Assembly: GCA_965223265.1 (NCBI GenBank)
Contig: OZ244999.1
Location: forward strand, 6,880,001 to 6,944,000
Direction of reading: 5' to 3'
Length of the DNA stretch: 64,000 nucleotides
DNA from: Planctomycetota bacterium
GTDB lineage: Bacteria > Planctomycetota > UBA8108 > SXIK01
Of the stretch, positions 17,880-27,334 are shown one piece after another (the stretch's first letter is position 1; each line of letters opens with the position of its first letter). The position numbers were made by a program, and so were the translations under genes. Under the pieces are notes generated by a model, which saw only the letters and a program-made list of their open reading frames with translations, was not told where the DNA came from and ran no database searches.

Positions 17880-19448
17880 ATGCCGGCGGGAGATGATCAT
17901 TCGGAAGCAAGAGAGCCGCCCAGCTCGATCGGCGGGATCCTGCGTTCGATCGGGCCGGGATTGATCGTCGCCGGCTCGATCGTCGGTTCCGGCGAACTGA
18001 TCGCGACCACCGCCACCGGTGCGGAAGCAGGATTCTGGCTCTTGTGGTTGATCCTGATCGGGTGCGTGATCAAGGTGTTCACCCAGGTCGAGCTTGGTCG
18101 ATACGCGGTCACTTCGAGGCAGACCACGCTTGCTGCACTGAACACGATTCCAGGCCCAACGATCCTGCGGGCTAAATGGATCGTCTGGTACTGGTTTGCG
18201 ATGTTCTTAGTGATCATTGGACAGCAAGGGGGCATCGTCGGAGGTGTCGGCCAGGCTCTCGCGATCAGCGCGCCACTCACTGATGATGGACGACGCTACA
18301 ACGAAATCGTCGATGCAGAGACGCAGCTACAAGTCAACGAACGCTACCTCGCGCTGATCGTCGATCACCGCGGTGAGCTGTCAGCGTCGGACGTCGAGAC
18401 CGCGGATGAGATCAAAGCACGCATAGCGGAGGCACAAACCCGCTTGGAGCAACTCGGCAAGAAACCGAACAGTATAGACGACCGGATTTGGGCATTCGTC
18501 CTGACGGTCATGACCGCGATTCTTCTTGTCGTCGGACGTTACCGACTCGTTCAAACTCTCGCGACGGTGCTCGTCGGACTCTTCACTGTTGTCACGATCG
18601 TCAACCTCGTTATGCTCCAAGCGAATGAAACACTGGCCGTGACGACGGAAGAGTTGGTCAACGGACTCAGTTTCCAGCTACCGCCTCCCAGCGACGCAGC
18701 CAAGGGGACCGGTTCCCCGCTCGCCACCGCCCTGGCTACGTTCGGAATCATCGGCGTCGGCGCATCCGAATTGGTCGCGTACCCCTACTGGTGCTTGGAG
18801 AAGGGATACGCTCGCTTCACCGGCCCCGCGGATCGCTCACAGGCGTGGACCGACCGCGCCAACGGTTGGCTCAACGTGATGCGCTGGGACGCCTGGACTT
18901 CCATGGTGGTCTACACGTTCGCTACCGTTGCCTTCTATCTGGTCGGCGCCGCCACACTTGGCCGCTTTCATCTTGAGCCAGAAGGCACTGAGCTCGTGCG
19001 TACCTTGGCAGTGATGTACGAACCGGTCTTCGGCGCCTACGCCGCGGTGCTTTTTCTGTTTGGCGCATTCGCGGTCCTCTATTCGACGTTCTTTGTCGCC
19101 AACGCCGGCAACGCCCGCATGGTCTCAGACGCCCTTCGTGTTCTCGGTCTCGGCGTCAAAACGGAGAAGCAGCGGCAGTTGCTAATGCGCGTTTTCTGCG
19201 GCGTCTTTCCGTTCCTCGGGCTCGGTGTCTATCTTCTCTACCAGGCCCCAAAGGTTCTCGTTCTAGCGAGCGGCGTGATGCAGGCTCTGATGTTGCCGAT
19301 GCTCGCCGGCGCCGCGCTCTACTTCCGGTACCGCCGTAGTGACCCGCGCGTTCGCCCCGGGCGCACCTGGGATTCTTTCTTGTGGATCTCGGCGATCGGC
19401 ATGCTCATAGCCGGTGGCGCTTTGGCGTACATCAAGCTGACCGGGTAG
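17880..19448 (+). CDS. Nramp-related secondary transporter with large hydrophilic loop
   Basis: IGPGLIVAGSIVGSGELI, GAEAGFWLLW and FGIIGVGASELVAYPYW motifs; about 11 TM segments. Confidence 0.75.
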   Translation: MPAGDDHSEAREPPSSIGGILRSIGPGLIVAGSIVGSGELIATTATGAEAGFWLLWLILIGCVIKVFTQVELGRYAVTSRQTTLAALNTIPGPTILRAKWIVWYWFAMFLVIIGQQGGIVGGVGQALAISAPLTDDGRRYNEIVDAETQLQVNERYLALIVDHRGELSASDVETADEIKARIAEAQTRLEQLGKKPNSIDDRIWAFVLTVMTAILLVVGRYRLVQTLATVLVGLFTVVTIVNLVMLQANETLAVTTEELVNGLSFQLPPPSDAAKGTGSPLATALATFGIIGVGASELVAYPYWCLEKGYARFTGPADRSQAWTDRANGWLNVMRWDAWTSMVVYTFATVAFYLVGAATLGRFHLEPEGTELVRTLAVMYEPVFGAYAAVLFLFGAFAVLYSTFFVANAGNARMVSDALRVLGLGVKTEKQRQLLMRVFCGVFPFLGLGVYLLYQAPKVLVLASGVMQALMLPMLAGAALYFRYRRSDPRVRPGRTWDSFLWISAIGMLIAGGALAYIKLTG

Positions 19449-19496
19449 ACCGTGCGCGTCACTCTGGTCGTAGTTGCCGCTGCCCTCATCCGACGG

Positions 19497-20267
19497 CTAC
19501 CGATACGTGCCGTCGAACGTATAGCCAAAACGCTCTACGTCACAGCGATATAGTTCCTCGACTTGCGCTGCAAGCTCCGGCGTATAGAAGGCACGATAAT
19601 CAGGGAAGCGCTTCAAGTCATGCAGCCGCTCTGGTCCCCAATCCGCCACGCATTCGGTAGGCTGCTCGTGCTGTCCGTAGCGTGTGGAATTGCGACACGT
19701 TAAAGCGACATCCATGCCGAGCCGTTGGTTCAATCGACTGACGTCTTCGCCCAAGGACTCGAAGCGACCCACGTAATCAAAGGGATGGGATCCAAGAAAC
19801 AGAGATTGCGGTCGCCAGTGACGGTTGCTCCGGCGCACGCCGCTTTGCGCGAGTAACCTTACAAAGTTCGCGAAGGAGAGGCGCTCTTCGGGCTGCCGTC
19901 GGCTCCCGAGGCGCCACCAGCGGCGACGGGCCAACGCCCTTTGAAACGGTAGGGCGTAGCGCGATGCCGGTACGATTTTGTTGAGGTACCCGGAGACCAG
20001 CCGGCTCCACGGATTGCGAACGAACACAAACCGCAGGTACTCTGCCGAGCGCAAGATTTTGCGCGCCTCGTGACGCGGCAGGGCGCCAAGGGTCGACCTC
20101 TGCTGCAGCTTTTGACTGATCTCTTCGTAGGAATTCGTCGTCCCGGCACTGGGCTCCAAGGACTGCAGCACCCATAGCTTCAGGCTCGACATGGCGACCT
20201 TGGGAATCGGGCAGTAGATGAACTTTCGCTCTCGGTGGATCAGATAGGTCCGCTCAGGCCAGCGCAT
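19497..20267 (-). CDS. Sulfotransferase family 2 protein
   Basis: 5'-PSB YCPIPKVAMSS; 3'-PB FVRNPWSRLVSGY; HWRPQ, YVGRFE and D.ERFGY motifs. Confidence 0.88.
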   Translation of the reverse strand: MRWPERTYLIHRERKFIYCPIPKVAMSSLKLWVLQSLEPSAGTTNSYEEISQKLQQRSTLGALPRHEARKILRSAEYLRFVFVRNPWSRLVSGYLNKIVPASRYALPFQRALARRRWWRLGSRRQPEERLSFANFVRLLAQSGVRRSNRHWRPQSLFLGSHPFDYVGRFESLGEDVSRLNQRLGMDVALTCRNSTRYGQHEQPTECVADWGPERLHDLKRFPDYRAFYTPELAAQVEELYRCDVERFGYTFDGTYR

Positions 20268-20531
20268 GCTGCAGTTCGGTGTGTCCGTCTATGGGATGGG
20301 TCGCCTCGCACACCAACTCTGTCCAGGCCCGCCTGAATGGGCGCCATGGCGTCCGGACTGTGAGAGGCCTCCGCCAAGTCATACAGCATGGCCTTCTCCG
20401 GGGCCAGGAGCTCTTGTCAGTCAGTCAGCCTTTCCTTTCCTGCTCAGGCATATCGAAGCCCTCTCCGCCTCTACGAGGTCGCGAATCCGTCGTCTGTGTC
20501 CGAGTCTTCGACTCCGTTCCGGCGCCTAGCG

Positions 20532-22736
20532 CTAAAACCGAATCGCCATCCCCAGCTTAACCGTCGCCTCGGTACGCAGCAGCGTGAGATTGTGGTTGGC
20601 GCGATCGAGGCTTTGGTTGAGCACAATGAAGAGTCGATAGCCAGGACGAAGCTCCCACTGGATACGACTGTTGTAGCCGACGGTGTCCGAGCCGTCATCA
20701 AACTGAACGAAATGAAACCAGCTGAGGTCGGGAGTGAAGTTCCAGTCCATTCGAACTGTTGCCAGACGGCGATCGAAGTTTCCCTCGGGCAGCCGCACTT
20801 GGTTGAGTTCGTACGCTGTGGCGAAAGAGAGGTGTTTCCATGGCCGGACGGTGAAACGTAGGCGATATCGCTCCCGCTCGCCGCTATAGAATTCTCCGAA
20901 CTTGTAGTTGGCGCCGACCCGGAGAACTCTCTTCGTCGAGGTGTCGAACCCCGTGACGATTGCAGTCCACCAATACTCGTCGGCGGGAATCACGACGCCG
21001 TCACTGATCTCGAAATCTTCCTCAGGCGCGTCGAATTCTCGTTCGATCTCGACCCAGATTTCGTCGCCGCTCGTAAAGACGATGTCGAGGGGAAGCAGTT
21101 CGTGTTCCGCGGACTCGAGACGATTCGAGAGGCTCGTGACATACATCGTGTTATAGGTAAACAGCAGCTGTCGGATGCGCGGCGACCACGGAAGACGCGG
21201 GCGCAGGCTCAATCCCCCCTCGTAGGAACGGATCCCAGTGCGCGGAACAAATCCAAGGGCGGGATCGAAGTCGTCAGCCAACTCGAGGTAGCTCGCTCTG
21301 ACTCGGTACTGATCGTTAGGGAGGGACAGGTTCGCGCCATAGGCCGACTCAATCTCACCGCCGGTCCCTTCCGTCCACGTCCCCAGTCCGAATCCGTTCG
21401 CCTGCAAGACGTTATCCCCAAGAAAACTCGTCGTACGATAGCCGAAGTCGGAACCGACCAAAGCGTTCTCGTCCTCCGAATTGGGATCGCCGAACGTTCC
21501 TATGAGGCCCACTGACGACTGTTCGAGGACGTTGCGGCTCACCCGCCCAACGAGCGCGTTCTTGGTCTCGAAGCCGTTGTGGTCGTCGAGAATCGCATCG
21601 ACCACACCGACGTTGTAATCACCGATTCGTCCCGTCAACTTGCCGGCGACGTTGATCGGAACTACTTCACCACCGTCGCTCAGGCCTATACGGCGGCTGA
21701 AAAACGGCAACAACTCCGAGTTCAGACCGCCGAACTCAAAGATTCCCGAATCCTCAAGAAAAAACGCTCGCTTCTCCGGAAAGAAGAGTGGGAAACGAGT
21801 CAGATTCACCTGACGCGTGTCGACCTCGGTTTCCGCAAAGTCGGTATTGAAGCTAAGCGTTGTCGTCAGATTCGGCGTAATGCGATAGCGCACGTCACCC
21901 CCACCATCGAAGTCCACATCATCGCTTCGGTCGACACGATCGTCGGTGTACCTATTCAACACGTACGGTGAAATCTGTAGACCGACGCCTTGGTGTATGC
22001 CTTCGATACCGTAGATCTCGCCCGCCTCGGCAACGTTATAGTCGCGGATCTCCGGACGCGGGCTCGCCCAACGCCCCAACTCCGATCGTCGGCGAATTCC
22101 ACGCACCAAATTGAACCCCCACACCTCCGAGCGTGGGTTGAAGCTGAGCGTCTTGAAGGGAATAGAAATCTCCGCTTTCCAGCCATCCTGATCAATACTC
22201 GTCGCCGCAGCCCAAATGCCATCCCAATTGTCGTTCAAGTTGTTGTTATCGCTGATCAAAGAATCGCGCCGTGCCGCGTTAGGATTCACCTGAAAGTAAT
22301 AGCCGTTGCGACGATCGTGAAAGGGATCGATGATGACCACCACATGGTCATCGGCTGAAAGCGTTCCGTCTCGCGACATCACTCGAGCGGTGATCCGTTC
22401 GGGTTCCGAGTCGTAGCACCAAACGCCGACGTAGAGATTGATGTCGTCATAGACGACTCGGAACTCCGTCTTCTCGGTCATCGGCTGGTCGACGTTGGGG
22501 TTGTATTGCCCCAGGCCCTTCGCGACCGGCGCGTCGCGCCACGCTGCGTCGTCGAGGCGGCCGTCCACGAGCGGCGGCTGCGCGACACGGACGGCGTGCA
22601 GTCGCGGCGACGACAAGTGATCCGTGTCGCCCTGGCTGACGGCGCTGGATGACGCGATCGCGAAGTGTGAAAACACGACGAACGACGACAGCACGGCCAG
22701 CGCGAAGCAGTTAAGATCCGACGACCTCAGCCGCAT
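20532..22736 (-). CDS. CBM9-like / DUF5916 outer-membrane beta-barrel protein
   Basis: VDGRLDDAAW and GWKAEISIPFKTLSF (CBM9-like); NTDFAETEVD..NLTRFPLFFPEKRAFFLE and FFSRRIG (DUF5916); C-terminal Phe. Start uncertain (22736-22823). Confidence 0.85.
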   Translation of the reverse strand: MRLRSSDLNCFALAVLSSFVVFSHFAIASSSAVSQGDTDHLSSPRLHAVRVAQPPLVDGRLDDAAWRDAPVAKGLGQYNPNVDQPMTEKTEFRVVYDDINLYVGVWCYDSEPERITARVMSRDGTLSADDHVVVIIDPFHDRRNGYYFQVNPNAARRDSLISDNNNLNDNWDGIWAAATSIDQDGWKAEISIPFKTLSFNPRSEVWGFNLVRGIRRRSELGRWASPRPEIRDYNVAEAGEIYGIEGIHQGVGLQISPYVLNRYTDDRVDRSDDVDFDGGGDVRYRITPNLTTTLSFNTDFAETEVDTRQVNLTRFPLFFPEKRAFFLEDSGIFEFGGLNSELLPFFSRRIGLSDGGEVVPINVAGKLTGRIGDYNVGVVDAILDDHNGFETKNALVGRVSRNVLEQSSVGLIGTFGDPNSEDENALVGSDFGYRTTSFLGDNVLQANGFGLGTWTEGTGGEIESAYGANLSLPNDQYRVRASYLELADDFDPALGFVPRTGIRSYEGGLSLRPRLPWSPRIRQLLFTYNTMYVTSLSNRLESAEHELLPLDIVFTSGDEIWVEIEREFDAPEEDFEISDGVVIPADEYWWTAIVTGFDTSTKRVLRVGANYKFGEFYSGERERYRLRFTVRPWKHLSFATAYELNQVRLPEGNFDRRLATVRMDWNFTPDLSWFHFVQFDDGSDTVGYNSRIQWELRPGYRLFIVLNQSLDRANHNLTLLRTEATVKLGMAIRF

Positions 22737-22962
22737 CGACGTTGAGCCTGAAGGCATTAGAACGCGTTGACGACGATCGCAGAGTTTCCGTCGGCATGTA
22801 CACGCAGAAGGAAGAAACTGCATGGACGCAGTATACTCCCTCCCGCTGTGTTCGACGGCGAAGCTGCGGCCCGAAGAAACACCTAAGGATGCGTTGGGAC
22901 GGCCGGAGCGTCCGTCAAATGTCGTCAGGAGGAATCAACAGCGCCCGTTCCACGGAGCAACT

Positions 22963-24039
22963 CTACTGACCGGTGTAGCGGTAAACGATCTCTTGCCACG
23001 TCGGCTTGGAGATTTCTGCCAACAAAACCCGATTGAGAGGCTCGCGCAGCTCACTGCCTTGCTGAAGTGCAATTGCATAGTCCTGCGGATCGAACACCTG
23101 AGGCAACACACGAATCTTTCCCCGCAAGTCCTGGTTCGCAAGGTAGAGGAGAAGTGGCGCATCGTAGACCGCCGCTTCGATCTCACCGTCGGCGAGAGCC
23201 TCCCCTAACGCCTTCGGATCACGGTAGGGTTCGTGATAGAGCCGGGCAGCCTGCAGATACGACTCGCTGGTCGTGCCACCGACGGTGCCGACTTGAACAC
23301 CTTCCAAGTCTTCAGGGCCGTTGATTTGCGATTCCAATTGACTCACTGTTAGCACCGATGCGACGGCGGCTGTAAGGCCAGAGATCGTCACGATACTGGT
23401 AAACATCCAGACGAAGGCGACGACCCGTCCCCAAAAAGTCGTTGGCGCGCGGTCGCCGTAACCGACTGTCGTCATGGTGACGGCGGACCACCAGAACGCT
23501 TCACCCACACCGCGTGCAACGCCGCCACCGAATTGCTCCGCATTCTTCTTGCGCTCGAATACCCAGAGAAGAAGCCCGGCGACAAAGATAACCAGGAGCA
23601 GTACCCCAAGCGCTTTCACGAAGTCCAGTGACAGAAGTCGCCCCAGAACCGAGAACATCGACGACTCGGAATCGAACGGAAGAGCGATCGTGAGACCAGA
23701 GCTGTGAAAGGCGTGAGAGAAATCGACCCGTTCTTCACGATCGCCGGTCACGGTGAGCGCAGCTGCAGCGACATCAAACTCTCCGGCTGCGACACCGTCG
23801 ATCATCTCTTCGACGGTCGCCTCATGGAACTCGTAGTTGAGACTAAGCTCGTTCGCGATCGCCCGCCACAGCTCAATCGTTATCCCGCTCCAAGAGCCGT
23901 CTTCAGCTTTCATCGCAAACGGCGGCGCCTCTTTGGTGGCGACACGAAGGCTCGCGCGATCTTCGTTGCTCTCCTGGCACCATACAGTCGCCGGCAAGAA
24001 CGACAGAACTGCGATAACAACGCGCGTTGGTCTCTTCAT
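22963..24039 (-). CDS. GluR0-like ligand-gated potassium channel (split SBP family 3 domain plus pore)
   Basis: Signal peptide, S1 (APPF, ITIELW, REERVDFS), M1, pore FWWSAVTMTTVGYGD, M2, S2 (GTTSE, YAIAL). Confidence 0.9.
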   Translation of the reverse strand: MKRPTRVVIAVLSFLPATVWCQESNEDRASLRVATKEAPPFAMKAEDGSWSGITIELWRAIANELSLNYEFHEATVEEMIDGVAAGEFDVAAAALTVTGDREERVDFSHAFHSSGLTIALPFDSESSMFSVLGRLLSLDFVKALGVLLLVIFVAGLLLWVFERKKNAEQFGGGVARGVGEAFWWSAVTMTTVGYGDRAPTTFWGRVVAFVWMFTSIVTISGLTAAVASVLTVSQLESQINGPEDLEGVQVGTVGGTTSESYLQAARLYHEPYRDPKALGEALADGEIEAAVYDAPLLLYLANQDLRGKIRVLPQVFDPQDYAIALQQGSELREPLNRVLLAEISKPTWQEIVYRYTGQ

Positions 24040-24355
24040 CTCTCTCTCCTGGCAAACGCGGTGCAATCGGAACGAATCCAATGCGAATCGTTAGCTCATT
24101 CGCTCGGCGCAGTCAAGAGCGGAGATGACCAGGACCGCGGTCAGTGGGAGATCGAGGGGCACACCAGTCGTCAGAGTGACGAGCGCGCAACAGGTACCGC
24201 CAGCCGGGGTCGTCATCTTCCAACCGTGCAGCACGACTGGCAGTGCCGAACAACCCATCAGGGGACACAAGACCCATGCCGTAACCACGACGGGACGGGA
24301 CGCTCTGGGCGCCCCTCGTCCAACCGAGCAGACGCTTGAATACGGAATGTAACCG

Positions 24356-25456
24356 TCACGGGGCCGAGGAAGATTCCGTCAGAACGCAAGTGCCGACTGG
24401 CAGCTCAATGCGAAACGTTGTCCCTTGGCCGACGACCGATTCGACTGAAAGTGTTCCTCCGTGAAGATCGACCACACGTCGAGCTATTGCGAGACTCAAC
24501 CCTCGACCGTTTGAATGATGATCCAAATCTCCGACGGAGAATTCGTCGCCGATGTGTTCCAAAGCCTCTGCCGAAATCCCTTTGCCCTCGTCGGAAATCG
24601 TCAGCTCGAAGTTCCCGCTCTCGGTGACGACCGCTCGCACTTTGACGCGCCCCCCTTGTGGGGAGTGCTGTACTGCGTTTTCTATAATGTAGAGAGGAAC
24701 CTTGTGCATCAGCGTCGGATTGCATAAGAGCGATACGTCAACCACGTCCTGCTCGATCGTTACACCGGCATCCGCCGCAAGCCCCTCCACTCTCTGGAGC
24801 GCCGGACCCAATACCGAAGCAAGAGTGTACTCGAACAATTCGAGTTGTCCCTTCGCCTTAAGATTCGCCAGTAAGCCGGCCTGGTCGACGAGCTTCTGCA
24901 GCCGCTCTGCGCAGCCATGAATCGCTCGCGCTTGCTTCTTGACGTCCTCCTCGGTGAGTCCCGGAGTCGAGGCCAAGAGGCTCGAATACCCAACGATCCC
25001 AGTCAGTGGCGTCCTCGTCTCGTGCGCCAACAAGGTGATGAGCGTGCTCTTCATCTCATCGACCTCCTCGACATGCTTGAGTCGCAGGAACACGTTCACC
25101 TTCGCCAAAAGCTCGTCGACGTCGAAGGGCTTGGCGACATAGTCATCGCCTCCCACCTCGTAACCATGAAGGCGCTCCTCGATGCTCGACTTCCCAGACA
25201 CGAAGATCACCTTCACGAAACAAGACTCCTCGTCTTGACGAATGCGGTGACACACCTCGTATCCATCCATACCCGGCATCATCACGTCGAGCAGGACGAG
25301 ATCGGGGCGAAACTTCGCGATCTTCTCGAATGCCTCATCTCCGTTCTTCGCGGTGGCAACCTCGAAATCTTCGAGCAATTCCTCGACGATCGCAAGATTG
25401 CGCGGCTCGTCGTCGACCGCCAAGACTCTTCCTTGTTTCATGCTCGTCACGCCCAT
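24356..25456 (-). CDS. Hybrid response regulator / histidine kinase (REC-HisKA-HATPase)
   Basis: VLAVDDEP, LLDVMMPGMDG, AKPF; AHETRTPL; IENAVQHS, ISDEGKGI and GRGLSLAI motifs. Confidence 0.92.
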   Translation of the reverse strand: MGVTSMKQGRVLAVDDEPRNLAIVEELLEDFEVATAKNGDEAFEKIAKFRPDLVLLDVMMPGMDGYEVCHRIRQDEESCFVKVIFVSGKSSIEERLHGYEVGGDDYVAKPFDVDELLAKVNVFLRLKHVEEVDEMKSTLITLLAHETRTPLTGIVGYSSLLASTPGLTEEDVKKQARAIHGCAERLQKLVDQAGLLANLKAKGQLELFEYTLASVLGPALQRVEGLAADAGVTIEQDVVDVSLLCNPTLMHKVPLYIIENAVQHSPQGGRVKVRAVVTESGNFELTISDEGKGISAEALEHIGDEFSVGDLDHHSNGRGLSLAIARRVVDLHGGTLSVESVVGQGTTFRIELPVGTCVLTESSSAP

Positions 25457-27087
25457 GCCTTCGTCTCCCTACCGCTCTCTTTTTGGATATCGTCTTCACG
25501 ACAGTGGCGCGGAACACGAAACGTAATCACCGCGCCTCCATCGGGGTTATTGCAAGCGAGGATATCTCCACCGTGTGCCGAGACGATCTCCTTACAGATC
25601 GCCAAGCCAAGCCCAGTGCCACCCGCGCCATCGGTCGTGCGACTGCTTTGACTGAACGCCTCGAAGACACTCTTCAGCTCCCCGTCCGGAATCCCGATCC
25701 CAGTGTCGGAGACACAAACTTCAAGCAGCTCCGACTCCTTCTCGCCAGACACACCTGTTGATCGCAGTTCGAGCGAAATCGTTCCGCCTTCTGGCGTAAA
25801 CTTGACCGCGTTTGAGAGCAAGTTACGAACGACCTGCCCGATCCGAAAAGCGTCGAACTCGGCCGACGTGTCAACTCCATCTTCGCATCTGTACTGAAGA
25901 TCGATGCTCTTTTCCGATGTCGCCGCAATGATCTTGCTACGCTCTGCCTTCAACACACTGGCGAGGTCATGCGGCTGAAAGTTGTAAGTCATCTTTCCCG
26001 CCCCCAACTTGGAGAGATCCAACAGGTCATCGAGAAGCACTTTCAAGTTTTGAGCGCTTTCGTGGATCTCCCGGAAATACTTCTCGAGCTTCGCCGTCTG
26101 CGCGTGCCTGACCTTCTTAAAACCGAAATTCGAATAGCTGATGATTCCGTGAAGCGGGGTCCGCAGCTCATGAGAGATGTTGGCCAAAAAGACACTCTTC
26201 GCCTTGTTAGCTCGTTCCGCTTCATCCTTGGCGATCAGTAGCTCGGCCGTGCGCTCTTCGACCTGATGTTCGAGCGACTCTGAATAACCCTGTAGTTTCT
26301 GGTAGGCTTCGGATAGCTCGAGGGCCATGGAGTCGAACGCTTCGTAGAGCGTCGCGATCTCTTCGGTTCCTCCATCGACTTTGTGTACCGCAAAGTTGCC
26401 TTGCGCCAGTTCGTTCGCCGAGCGGATCAGATTCGAGATGGGGCGCGAGATGGCCTTGGCGAGCCAGGCGGCGGCGAGAGTACCTCCTGCCAGCACGATC
26501 AGACCTGCCCACAACATCGTGCGTATGTTCGCCTTGGCTTCCTGTCGCACGATAGAGAGCGGCAACTCAGTGCGAAGCGAACCCACGGGCACGTCGTCAA
26601 CCACGATCGAAGCGGTGACGAAGACAAGCGCATCAGCATCGGACCCAGTGTTCTTGCGCACGCTCGTTGACAGTGGCGGCGACAAGAGTTCGGAAATCAT
26701 GAGACCTTCCCGCGCGCCCTCCGAATCGGCAAGAACTTTCCCAGCGCGATCGGTGACGACCGCACGAAGAATCTGAGGATCTTTGTCAACGAGACGGTCA
26801 ATCGACTGCCTCAAAGCGCTGCGGTCATTGGCAGCAAGCGGTTGCGCGCAGAAGAGGGCAGTCGTTTCAGTCATCATGACGCCGTGGCTCACGAGCTTGC
26901 CTTCGAGAAGCCGGTAGTGCGAGTAAATCGTCAACGCCGCCGGAACGAGTACGCCGACGCAAACGACGATCCAGACAAGCGTGGCGACACGCGAAAACAG
27001 CGTTCTGTAAGGCAGAAATCTCACAATTCGACGCCCGGAACCATGACTCAACCAGCCCACGGCTGTGATGTGTGATCCGAAAGACAC
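25447..27087 (-). CDS. Membrane sensor histidine kinase (2 TM, HAMP, HisKA, HATPase)
   Basis: Two TM helices; HAMP (RPISNL..EEIATLYEAF); ANISHELRTPL, NLLSNAVKFT, DTGIGI and GTGLGL motifs. Confidence 0.93.
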   Translation of the reverse strand: MSFGSHITAVGWLSHGSGRRIVRFLPYRTLFSRVATLVWIVVCVGVLVPAALTIYSHYRLLEGKLVSHGVMMTETTALFCAQPLAANDRSALRQSIDRLVDKDPQILRAVVTDRAGKVLADSEGAREGLMISELLSPPLSTSVRKNTGSDADALVFVTASIVVDDVPVGSLRTELPLSIVRQEAKANIRTMLWAGLIVLAGGTLAAAWLAKAISRPISNLIRSANELAQGNFAVHKVDGGTEEIATLYEAFDSMALELSEAYQKLQGYSESLEHQVEERTAELLIAKDEAERANKAKSVFLANISHELRTPLHGIISYSNFGFKKVRHAQTAKLEKYFREIHESAQNLKVLLDDLLDLSKLGAGKMTYNFQPHDLASVLKAERSKIIAATSEKSIDLQYRCEDGVDTSAEFDAFRIGQVVRNLLSNAVKFTPEGGTISLELRSTGVSGEKESELLEVCVSDTGIGIPDGELKSVFEAFSQSSRTTDGAGGTGLGLAICKEIVSAHGGDILACNNPDGGAVITFRVPRHCREDDIQKESGRETKAWA

Positions 27088-27334
27088 GATCGCAAAGACG
27101 CACTCGCCGCGTCGAATGACGCTGGTGAGCGAAAGCCATGGCCCCCACCCTCGATATCGAGCGTCTCGGCCCCAGACTTCACGCCAGCGTCAGCTGGAGG
27201 AAGAATAGCCGCTGTGTGGCCGATAACGGTGCTCTGCGCGGCGCTGGGGCAAGCCGCGATGTAGACGCGGCGATGTTCTCGGAGGTTGTCGCGGATGCCG
27301 AGACTCTGAGCGAGTCATCGGCTAATCCAGTCGC

